The position numbers and the translations under genes are program-made. Shown piece by piece: positions 51,768 through 64,000 of a stretch of 64,000 bases of DNA; the stretch's first letter is position 1, and every line of letters starts with the position of its first letter. The notes under the pieces were generated by a model. That model worked only from the letters and a program-made list of their open reading frames with translations, was not told where the DNA came from and did no database searches. Origin of the DNA: Camelus dromedarius (taxonomy: Eukaryota); the NCBI RefSeq assembly GCF_036321535.1, contig NC_087437.1, positions 115,570,001 through 115,634,000 of the forward strand, given 5' to 3'.

Positions 51768-53686
51768 TAACACCATCTATCTTGCAATAGAATAGGGGAA
51801 AGAAGTTATTTTGTGATGTATTTAAACATACTAAAATTTTTTACTCCCAATGATTTGTCATATTGATGACTATTATGAAGACTGGTAAGTTAATGATTTA
51901 TAGATAGTATAATTACGTAAAAGAAAAAAGACATATTAACAAGGACTACAGAAAATTAAGATAATTATGGATAACTTTCCTTCTTTTTCAAAATGTTTAA
52001 TATAGGCTGAGTTATCACTTCTATAATAACTCCTCTTCAAACCAAGAAAGGGGAAGGGAGGGAATAATGACGCTGGAAAAGTCTGAATATGTTAGAATTT
52101 CGCTTAAATTTTCATTTATCTGTTTCTCCTATGGCCGTGGATGTCAGGAAGCTCTGAGATGTATTCAGTACCCATTAACAGGCATCTGGCCTAGTTTATC
52201 TATGTAATTTTCTTTTTAAATTGATATGTGTTCTTTTATCAGTATCTTTTCATTGTAAGATATCTGAAAGCCTTTTTGGTGGAAGTAAGTATGATAAAAA
52301 AAATGCACTTTGAATTACTCATCTTCCAACTTGACTCTTTGCCTCCAAAAATTATTTTTCTGGTGTTGTCTTAGGCCTCTGGCATGATTGTTACTTGCTT
52401 CTAACCGCAACTCTAGCTCTGTAATTAATTATTAAATGAGCTTTTCTGGAGAAGAGTGCCTGTGCTTTCTTTCCTTTTCCGGGGGGCCGTACATCCTTTC
52501 ACACTGAAGGCTTATCTTCTACCAGTGTTAGAGCCACTTATCTAAAAAGATGTTCTTATGTGTGTATAAATTTTATAATAGTTTGATGCTGTTTAATGGC
52601 AGTATTTATGTTACTGTGGCATTGTGGCAAGATAAAATTGGAATGAATTCAGTGAGGAACATTTCTAAATTGGATTTTGTACATAATGTGTTATAAAAGA
52701 TGTGCCAAACCAGCTTTTGGTTATCTGAAAATATCTGATAAAATTGTTAACACTTTATTAATGTCAGTTTGTTAATATCTGATAAATTGTTAAACTGTTA
52801 ACAGTAACTCTGTTGAAGCTTGTTTTTAACTGTTTTGCCACCTTGTAAACTAGAATTTTTGTGATGTTGCTCCTTGCAGTGTAATTTACAGCTTCCTCAG
52901 TTAGTTACCAATCACTTGGACTATTGCCTAGTCTACCTATTATTTTTTACTAGTCTTAGAAACTATAAGAAAAACAGATATAAGGAAAATAACTCATTTT
53001 GTGATCAACCACAAGGTTCATGGCCTTTAGTGTGTGGGATAGGTAGGGAGCATATCTGTTTTTCATTTATGTGTTGGTATAGGCTTAAAAACTGAGCATG
53101 TCTCAGAGGCCCCTTTTATATTAGTAAAACATCAGTTCATATACATTTAAACTTCCATTTTTAAACTCTTTTGCCTTAGGATCAAAAATAAAATTGGGAT
53201 TGACTAGAAGGGGGCAAGAAGGAACTTGAATATAAGGAGGCTGAAAATGTTATTTATTTTGTTTGGCATTTGTTGATTGCATCAACATGTGCAATTTTCC
53301 AGAATCTCTCATATGATACACTCTTGAGATCTATGCCATTTCACTGTATATAAATTATATCTTGGTTTAAAAAAATAAATGTAGATCAGGTCCTGTTACT
53401 CTTCTTGAATGGGAGGCGTTGCTCCAGTCACTTAACATCTATTTATAAAATGTATAAACTGTATAATTCTAAAGGGAATTTTACTGCAGAAATTTTCCCT
53501 GGTTATATATTAGTGTTGTTCTGTAATTCAAATAGCAACTATAGAAAATTCTTTATTTCATTTGTGTGTGTTACAAAGAATAAAAATTCATCTATTTCCT
53601 ACCGATAGCAGATTTGTCTCATATATACTCTTGATATATGGTGTGCGCCACCCCCCCCCCCCAAGTGGTTTTAATGACACAGTTAA

Positions 53687-53902
<216 letters not shown>

Positions 53903-55857
53903 TAATGGAAAATGCTGAATTTTATAGTTAGAAAGGACGTATTAGTGAATCATGTTGTTACATGTTTTTCTCAATAGTACACTTCTAATGTTTGTAAATA
54001 GATCTCAGCAACAGACATGTAAGTATTTGGATTATCGTTGTTCTATGAAGGTACTAATACTGCATCAGTTCTAAAAACTCCATGAGCAGTTTTTTGTGGG
54101 GTTTTTTTGTTTTTTGGTTTTTTTGAACTTATTTTCTGAGGCTACTGGGTAACTACTTTACTAAGTGGTTGATTTTAATCACTGATAGATAGTATTGCCT
54201 CTTTCACAGGGGCTTTGGAGTCTGTGGGTGGTTCTTCATTATGTATGTTAGAGATAATTGCGTTCCTGTCTGATACTCCTCTTCAAAGAGAAAAACACTT
54301 ACGATCTTCAGCTGGCACAGCAGGTGCCCTCTCACGTTTTCAGAGGCTTGGATGCCAGGGGCTGTGCCTTGACTTTGTCTTTCGGCTCCTCTTCTAACTC
54401 TGCCAGGCCTCTGAGTGGGCAGACAGTCTCCAGGATGTCATTCTCAGGCCTCCCACAGTGCCAGCATGGCTAAGGCTGTGACTGGTGGAGTTCTGATGGG
54501 CAGGACCACTCGGGCAGTGCGGCTGCTTAGGAAAGTGAGGAAGGAACTCCAGTGGACCTGGTTTTTTCACTTCCTTCCTGGCTTCTTCTCTCTACCCACA
54601 ACTCTCCTCTCCTCACTTGCCCATCCTGCCCAATACAGAGGACAAAAGCCTAACTCCATCAGTGTCTTGCATCAGCTGAGCCCAGACTTAGCTGTCAGTC
54701 CTTCCTCCTTGCACTTCATGAAGCTTTTCTCGGGCTGTGGCTTCCCCACCTGTTCCCACTCCTAAATCCCCCTGTCTCATTGGGTCGCAGAGCTGTTTTA
54801 TTTGAGGTATGGTTTCCTGTTCATCCCATTCTCCATTGCCTTGCAACTTTTCTGCAGTGAAGCAGTTATTAATTTGCAGTCCAAATGCTTTTGACTTTTT
54901 GACAATTTGGGGGGTTGTTTTTGTTTTTTCTTAAACTGTGGAACCTACATATTCTTACTTATCTGTTCCTGCCCTGTGAGAAACAAAATACGCCTCTATC
55001 ACCCTGTGAGGAAAGGTTTTCCTGTGTGAATCTGATCGTGTTTAGGACAGAAAGAATACTGTAAGCCACTAGCAGCCGCAGGCTGAGACTAGGACACACC
55101 TAAGCGATGAAACCTGAAGGAGATACGAACAAGGTTGTTAGCAGAGCTCTGCAGCTCTGGGGTGGCTCTGCCAGGCCCTGGTGTCACGTGTACAGTATGC
55201 CTGCCCCTTTCCATGATGTCAAGGAATTTTTGTAATTTTACGTAATTCAGGGCCTTTTCCCTTGATTTTAACCTCTTTCTTCTGAGTCAGGGGTTTCTCA
55301 GTGTTATTGGAGCCCTTCTGTATCAAAATATTCTTGTCAGAAGCAACTTCTACTTCTCTGTCAGAGCCTCTTAAGAAAAGGTGTTTCTGAGGCCTACCGC
55401 CTACGTAAGTAAGGCTGTGAATGCGCTGGGTGGAGTGATTTCTGTCTCCACCCTCAAAATCACGCCGACGCTCTGGCAGTTGCCCCCAGCAGGGCGGCGT
55501 CTGCCTTCTGTGATGCCCACTGTGAAGTCGGGGCCACGCGGCTGGCTCTTTAAACTTAGATTTCCCTGGCACTTACTCTTCAAGCTCGCAGTGATCCTCC
55601 CCCTCCCCTTTACCTCTTCTCATCCTCTGATTTCTAAGAGCACGCTAGCATCATATACTTGTGAAAATACAGGCCTGTTTGACATCAGGATTCATTTTTC
55701 CAGATGAGACTGATGGACACCTTTCTCCTAGGCTGAAGTGTGTTCAGGGTTAGGACCTGTCACTCGCCAAATAAAGTCTTCCTTATTGACTTTGTCAGGC
55801 TTTCTCTAAATTCTCTGCCAGGTCCTTGTCAAATAAGCAGCTCCTTCATTTCTTAAG

Positions 55858-56042
55858 CCAGTGGTTATCAGTCCTGATTGCACATTGAAAATTTCCAGGG
55901 AGCTTTGGGGTTGGGGGTTGGGGAGGGAAGACTGATGCCTAAGCTCCAGACTAATGAACTCAGAATCCCTGACTGAATTCTGGACATTGGTATTCTTGAA
56001 AACTGCCTATTGAATGTATAATTCAAGGTCAAAAATCATTGT
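55858..56042. mobile_element. MER5B-like element containing a G-rich tract
   Basis: cagtggtt...ctgattgcacattgaaa...agggagcttt...ctgatgcct...tcagaatc. Confidence 0.6.
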
Positions 56043-57291
56043 TTTACCACTGAGCCAGTTAACCATTTGCAAAGTCAGTAAATAGTTGGGGCCCTGTTAG
56101 TGGCCTTTGTCCTGGAGACCATTAGGATCTGGGCACTAAACTGCCACTCTTGATGTGGTCAAGTATGGTCAGTGAAAGAGAGGAATATCAAAACCACTTG
56201 GTCGTGGTCAGATGTTTACATGGGTCACCTCTGATTTAAAAGGCAGTAGGCAGTAGTTTATTTTAGAATTGGGTGAAACCAGAGATACTGCATTTTTTTA
56301 TTTTAAGTTTGATTTCAGCTGAACCATTTATGATCTGTCATTGACAATAACCTTGACTGATGTGGATCTTGGACCATGCATCCACTTTCTTCCTCTAATC
56401 CAGTGATGCTCAACCAAAACATTGAAATCACTTGAAGTTCTACATGCATCTCCAGACTTTCTGAATATGCTAGAAAATTGTCTAAAGCTATTATCTGTTC
56501 AGACTATATATAATATTACAAATATAAGAATATTTAATCAGGCATAGTGGTTATTTCTAATTTGTATAGATATAGTTTTCTTTTATCTTTGTATTTGTTT
56601 CCTAGTTTTTAATGTAAATCTTTGTGAACATTGTGAAACTTGTTTAAATGAGTAAAATTTAAAATGAGAGGTGTGTAGTCATTTGTTCATGAACACTTCA
56701 GTTTCCTTAGCATTAATTCTCATTTTAAAACTCAAAATCCTCTAATTATGGTATTTTAACTTATTTCCTGCTTATTTAAAAAAATTTTTTTAGTCTAAAC
56801 CAGTTCTCTTATATACCTATGAAAATCTAATTTAAATTTAGAAAGTTACCTACGTTTTTCAGATGACTTACAACCTTTTAAATATCTCACATGTATACTT
56901 GGAACTTAAACCAGGTTCTTCTCTCATTAAAAGAATAGACGTATTGTTTTATAATGTTATTTAGTAAGAAAGGTGGAAAACCAAAGCACTTGTCAACATT
57001 CATAATTTATTTTTGAAAGAGGAAAATAGTTATTCTAATTTTGTTAAGAAACTTATCTACTTTGTGGATGTTTAGAAATACTATAAGGATGCAAAAGAAA
57101 TCCAATTGAAAAGATTGACTTAAAGTGACAATAAACTAATAAATGGATGCTGTTGAATGGAAGTGAATAGAATCTCATATTTAGGAAGGTCAGAAAAATG
57201 GGAATTAGATAAATGTGTAATTAAGGTGAATTATAAATTGTTGTTAAGTTCATTAATGAAATAGGTATTATTTATGTTTTTTCGCTTTTAG

Positions 57292-57471
<180 letters not shown>

Positions 57472-57670
57472 TGACCCAGACGAAAAATTTGAGTTAATGG
57501 TTATTTTTATATGATAATGTTGATTTTATCTTAAAGTGATTGAATAAAAATGTTATTTCTGTTGGAGGGCATACAGATCTATATATGTTAACTTGATCTG
57601 GCGGTAGTATTTTAAATCTTTAGGAATGGCGTTCCAGGTGGTACATAGTCTAAAAACAAGTAAGAATAGT

Positions 57671-57703
57671 CTCTCTCTCTCTCTCTTTTTTTTTTTTTTT
57701 TTT
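57671..57703 (+). repeat. (CT)8 followed by a T run
   Basis: Read directly. Confidence 0.9.
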
Positions 57704-59887
57704 GCAACTTATGAGTGCCATTTGTTTGCTTTAATGATGCATTAAGCTCCAGAGATTTCTTTGTTAACTTTAATCGTTTCTAATACAGCTCAGAAATTAG
57801 AAGTGAGGTACTATGTTGTTAATGATTATAGAACCATTTTTGGAATGTCTTCCTCAAGAAATAATAGCCACCATGTCTTGAACTTCTACCATATTCCTTG
57901 TGCTTTTCCTCCATTGTCTGTAATAGTCCTAGCAGTCCTGTAAGGAAGGTGGTAGAATCCTTGTACTGCAGATGGTCTCAAAGAGTAACATATCCAAGGT
58001 CCCAGGGCTCTGAAAACAAAAAAAAGGGACAGAAGAGTTATGAAAGTAGTGACTTCTAGGGCCAGTTGACATATGGGTAAACTATCTTCTCATTACACAT
58101 TTTCTAATACTATTTTTAATCAAATCTAAGACGCCAGTGATAGTCAAACATCATTGTTTTATTTGATGACACTGAAATGAAATGCCACCGAGAAGAAACA
58201 GATTGCTGCCAAGTATAAAAATAAGATGCTATAAATTTTAAGATAGAGATCTTAGGATCATTTAATTAGAGGCTTTTAAAAATAGGCATATCATGTTCAG
58301 AAATGCTGGCTGGTTTACTTGGTAACCATGAGGTTAAGTTTTATTAACAAACTCCTTTTTAATAAATTAGGAGAGGACGTTGTGGTTCTTTACTTCCTCC
58401 AAAATGATAGAAAAAAAAAACTGATGTTTAAAGATATATGGTCCAGAGACTCAGATTAGATTTCATATATGAAACACCTTCATTCCTTATTGTTGAAATA
58501 AAATGAGCTTATCCTATTCATTTTTCTTCCTTCTTAGTGTCTTTATAGATCATCTGATACAGGCCATAGTAATAACATTTGCATTTGAACCCTTTTCTCG
58601 TCTAATTCACTGAATGTTTGGTCTTCACTATTAGTTACAACTTTGTATAAACTGGGCACATTTCCATTCAATGGGTTAGAAGGCCAGGAAGGACATTCTG
58701 AGGATGCTTGACTTATAAAGGAGGCATCTGAACATACCTCACCTCTTCTTCTTCTTCACTCTTGTGTTTTATTTTGAGTTTTTGCTTAAGTGGTAGACAA
58801 AATATTGATAGCATTACTATAACATTTTAATTCTGCCTTTTTGAAAGAAAACATGAACTGTTAGCTACTTGGTTATATTACAATAATGGCTGTCATTTTT
58901 GTTTTTAATAAACTGACTTTAATGATCATTAATTTTGTTAGTCACTGCAAATACTCTTTTGGATGAATGTTTTAAACTTCTTTAGGAAGATGCCGAATTA
59001 ATGCGCAATGTCTCAATAAACTGAGGTTCTATATTGGAAAACTAGCCCCCCCCCCCAAAAAAAAACCCACTAGATTTAGCCTTGCCAGTAGAGTAGATAC
59101 ATTAAATTTAAGGTGTCTAGAAGTCGTGTTGCTCTTTTATGATACAGATAATTTTTTATTTTGAAGTGATTGATCAATATAATTTATTCTGATGAGTTTT
59201 ATTTAAGTCTTTGAACTTAAAAAAAAATATACTTTTTAAAAAATTTTTAAACCACGCAGCATAATTTCTTAATGTGGATTATTTGATCCCTGCCATGGTC
59301 TAGAAATGATAAGTAGGCTTATGAATGGAGAAAGAGCATAGAATATATTACTTGCTATAACTATGGACCCTCTAAAAAGGCTTAGTAGTCGATAAATTGC
59401 TTCAAAAAGTGGTGCTTTAAGTATTAACACTGACTTCACATGAGATGAAGTCATTCAATAAATTAAAGCATTGCCCTTCAGTATAAAACTTATTACACAT
59501 ACCAAATTGAGCACCTATAACTCAACAGGAATGATATAAAACAACCATTTGTCAAGGCTACCTTCATTTTGGATTTTTAGTATCATTTGAAACAAGTTTC
59601 TCTACAGAGCTATCTGGAATAACTATGACAGTATTCAGTGTCTGGTCCCTGAGAACAGGGGTACACAAGGCCTTGCAGTGGTGGTACTTGTATCATAAAT
59701 TGCTTATTGGCAGACACTGTACCTATTTAATTCAGCAGATAAACAACTTAGATATTTTTTAACTGTTTAAAGAATGTGCTATTTACTGCAGAATGCTAAT
59801 CTCCAAATTTTAACTTGATTTTCACTCTGCATTTGACATTATAATTGTGAGTTCATGTGTATGTTATTATTTAATTGGTATGTTTAA

Positions 59888-60223
<336 letters not shown>

Positions 60224-62691
60224 TAAATTAAAATATAGAAATAGGTAGAACAGTGTAGGTAGATACTTGAAGTGTTATTAATCTGTATACAGTTTGGAGG
60301 TAATTACAGGATGGTTATCTTTAAAATGTAGCACTTGAATCACTTATGGTGATACTTATTTTGGGGGAGATACCTTTTAAATTGCAAACAGTAATACTTT
60401 CAATTAGAAGGTGTTGGTTTTTCAAAGTTTATTTTAAAAAATTACGTGTATGCTAAAAGACTAAGAGAAAATAGGTGACTAATATGTTAAATATTAGGTG
60501 ATTTGTTCTAACTATATTTCCCAAAGAGGGGTTTTAGTGTAAGTTTGGGGAGATTCCAGTACTAGAACATTGAATTTTTGCTGTAAAATATTTCTCTAAA
60601 TATAGATCCAAGCAGTGTTTTTCCTCGAAAACTGATGGATTAAAAAAAAAAAGCAGGTAATTTTGCATCACACGTGGTAATACAGTGTAGAAACTACACA
60701 GTTGATATATATCAACTTGTTTTGATAAATGTTTAAATCCTTTTTTCCTTATATAAATTCTGACACGTCCAAACTAGTTTCCTTCAGAGTGCAAAAAACA
60801 GACGTGTCCATAGCAATAAGTTGGTTTAGGTGTAGCTAATTTAGGAAAGCGATTTTTTCCTAAAATTCTTGGCATTATAAAAGCTACGTTAGCAGTGTTT
60901 TGCATATAAAATAGAAGTTGTAGGTTATTCTCTTCTTGAACTAGGGTCACCATCTGATAATACTTTATTCATTTTAAGTGCTATTTCTATTCACTTGTAA
61001 GTATTTGAAACTACATTTCTTTAAAAAAAAAAGTGAAAACATAACTAACATTCAGATACTACTATCTCATATTGGCTTTCTATTTCTTGTTTTTCCAAAC
61101 TCATGGAATTTCCTGTCCTGTCCAACTTTTTTCCAGCTTTTAAATATAGTGGGTTAATTTAATCATGAAGGTTTATGGCCAATTAACAAGATTGTCCTTT
61201 TGTTATTTTTTGCAAATTATCTTATGGTAGTGATTGCTGGAAATCATTGAAAACATTTTTAAAAACTGAAGGAGTAGGAAGCAAAGTTTGCAATTTCAGA
61301 TGCCTCTGAAAATCAGAAGATACTCTGTGGGATAAAGTATATTGTAAATGGAAAATACATGCCCATCTTGAGAGTTATTTGAATAGAGTTTTAGTCTTGC
61401 AAAATGTTTTTCTATTTAAACCAAATCATATATTGTGTCCTAATGTCAAACACTACTATCCAGCCAAACTGAGACAACTGTACCTTTAGCTCAAGTTTTA
61501 AACTGTGTGAGTATATCAGAATTCTCTGGAAGTCATTTACAAAGTAGATGTGCGGCGGCCCTAACCTGGTTCTGCTGGCTCAGTGTTAGAAGATGGTAGG
61601 GCAATTATGTCTCAGCAGAAATTCCTCAGGGGATCCTGGTGCACAGCCTTGTGGATAACCTAACTGCTACTCGGGTAGCTGACCGACTTCCTTTCACAAG
61701 CTGGGAAATAAGACAGTGTCAGTAGTTGAGAGTCTTTGGGGCTTAACAGATGCCACTGGCTTATAAAAACTTGGAAATGTAATACTTCTTCCTCTTCCTG
61801 GTCCCTTTGAATTAGAATTTCTTCACTCTGAGAAGCCCTTAAGGTTAGGTTGAGCTGCTTGTGGAGGCAAAGCTTATTCTCAGAGACTTGGCTGGAGTTG
61901 TAGGTCGGGGCCATAGAAGCTTTTCTGAGAAAGCAGCTCTGTGCTGCTTGGCCACCTGGTTTGAGTGTTAAGTTTAGGGAGTTTAGTTACAATTTTATTT
62001 CTTTCTTTCCCTTTTAAAATAAAACTGTCTTTGCTTTAGTGATATTTCTAGATGTAAATTCTAAATGGCTACATGGAGATGAATTGATCTCAAGACATTC
62101 TCAGATTACTTCATTGAAAATAATACATTTCAAGATTTTCTTTTTCTAAGAAGTCTTAGAGCGAGGTGGAGGGGACAGGGTGGAGAGGAAGTGATTAGTC
62201 AGGAATAACTCCCAGTTGAATCTCTGTGTGGCATGTTTCTAGGATCTGTCTGTGAGACTAGTATAGTGCTGGTGTCTGAATTTACAGCTACATTGTACTG
62301 AGTTTATTTCACCCTTAATTATTTAGGTTAAATACAGTTTAACTGTTAAATTCATGGTAAACCAAGTGCTAGCCATAGCAGGAAAGAATAATAGGGAAAT
62401 AAATTGTTCTCAATAATATTTTCTTCTAATAAGGAATAATTTTTGAGATACATCTTGATTACCAGTTAGGATGGAATTAAATGAAAGAGCTTGAATTTTG
62501 TGTATTTTGTATTTCACAGATCTAACCACTTCCTTGAAATGTTTAGTTCTTTAAATAACATTCACAGTCTAATGTTGAAATCAGTAAATGAAACTATAAT
62601 AACTTTTTTTTGGTTAATATTAGAGTATTATTCTTAATCTAATGTTGACCACAATTTAAAAGAACTTATTTTGGCATTAATACTATTTTGA

Positions 62692-62868
<177 letters not shown>

Positions 62869-63739
62869 TAAAAATTCTGTTTCTGTTTTCATGGTTTTTT
62901 ATTTTTAACCTCTGACAGTGTAATCTTCAAGTTGTTTTTAGGAAAAGGTGTCTGTTTACCAGCTTAATCATTCAAGTATTAGGTCAGTTTTGATTTTATC
63001 CATTTTTAATTTTTTCAGTTATATAATGGTGAGTGTAGAATTACGAAATAGAAGGTGAGATCTTTCAATCTGCTGATGAAGGAGAACGGTAAATTAGATT
63101 AGAAAACATTAAGTATTTTGGTATAAATTTTACTGATTTTTAAGTATAACAGAAAAAGATGATATTGAAGAATTGAGGGCCGCCCTAAAAACAGTGTGAA
63201 CGTCACTGTAAATTTTGAGGGTATGATTTGGAGTTAAAATAAATGACCAGTAGGTAGGGTTAGTGGATATTTGATCTCAATAATTTAGGGCAAATTAGGA
63301 CTAGAGAACCTAGTTAGAGCTACAGACTAATGTGATTCTTCTAGTCCCCAGGCTTTCAGTCTGTGTTCTTAGAAGATTGTTGAAGGTCAGAGGCAGTGCC
63401 GGGGAGGGGTGGGAGGGCAAGGGAGGGAGAGGCCAGGCTCCCTCACAGTCAGAGGAGCTGGGCTTTCAGTGGGTTTTGAAACTATTCACTTGCGGGGTTC
63501 TGGTTTTTTTGTTTGTTTTTTAAAGAAAAGTTAAAAGTTGCAGATCATGATCAGTCCGCTCATTTACACGTGAGACAAGAAAGACTAATGAAATGTAATG
63601 ACCTGTCCTGAATTATACAGCTGTGAATAAATAGTGTTACGCACCTGTCCCTTCTGCCTTCCTTTTCAGTCACTTCACTGTAGCTAGTGAGCTCCTGTTT
63701 GGCAGTAACTGCCATAGTGTATATTTGTTTTCCTTTTAA

Positions 63740-64000
63740 TAATAAATAATATTACCCTGTAATAGTACCTTTTCCATGGGCTTAATATTAAGATCGCCTG
63801 AAACTTCAGTGGCTTCCACCGCACTCACAGTAATAGCCAAAGTCCTTTGAGCAGCTTGAAGGTCCCTTGCTTCCTCTGCTCCCGTTCCCTCTCTCCCACC
63901 GGTCCCCGCACATGACCTCCTGTCTGGTCTAGCCGCAGGCCCTGCCAGGGCCCTTGCACTCGTCCTGTGCCAGGCCTGAAGTGCGCCTGCTCCCTCACTG
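63740..64000 (+). mobile_element. L2 fragment running off the window end
   Basis: cttcagtggcttcc...ccaaagtcctt...cagggcccttgcact. Confidence 0.6.

Overview
Mammalian genomic DNA carrying the 5' two-thirds of the DYRK1A gene (dual-specificity tyrosine-phosphorylation-regulated kinase 1A) on the + strand. I reconstructed seven coding exons by hand, all with GT-AG boundaries and consistent phases: 2100-2185 (ATG at 2176), 45463-45659, 51630/51657-51749, 53708-53896, 57292-57439, 59916-60202 and 62704-62850. Together they give 1098 nt, or 366 codons, from [15 protein letters not shown] to EPLFSGANE. The gene continues beyond both ends of the window. The rest is intron filled with old eutherian repeats (L1M, a HAL1-like element, L2, MIR, hAT-Charlie MERs, MLT1), two younger L1 3' fragments with target-site duplications, and microsatellites. 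I recognised no Alu, B1, Bov-tA, PRE1 or Can-SINE copies, and the young L1 tail resembles camelid L1; this host assignment is inference from memory. There is no prokaryotic-type system here. The most interesting candidates concern dosage control of this dosage-sensitive kinase: (i) two upstream ATGs in the start-codon exon, one opening a spliced 54-codon overlapping out-of-frame ORF; (ii) a motif-dense intronic promoter/enhancer at about 16.75-17.0 kb; (iii) a recursive-splice-like AG|GT site with a 38-nt frameshifting exon at 35091-35128; (iv) a third, stop-generating acceptor upstream of the alternatively spliced exon at 51630; (v) a perfect 18-bp inverted repeat 1.1 kb apart. All five are untested inferences.
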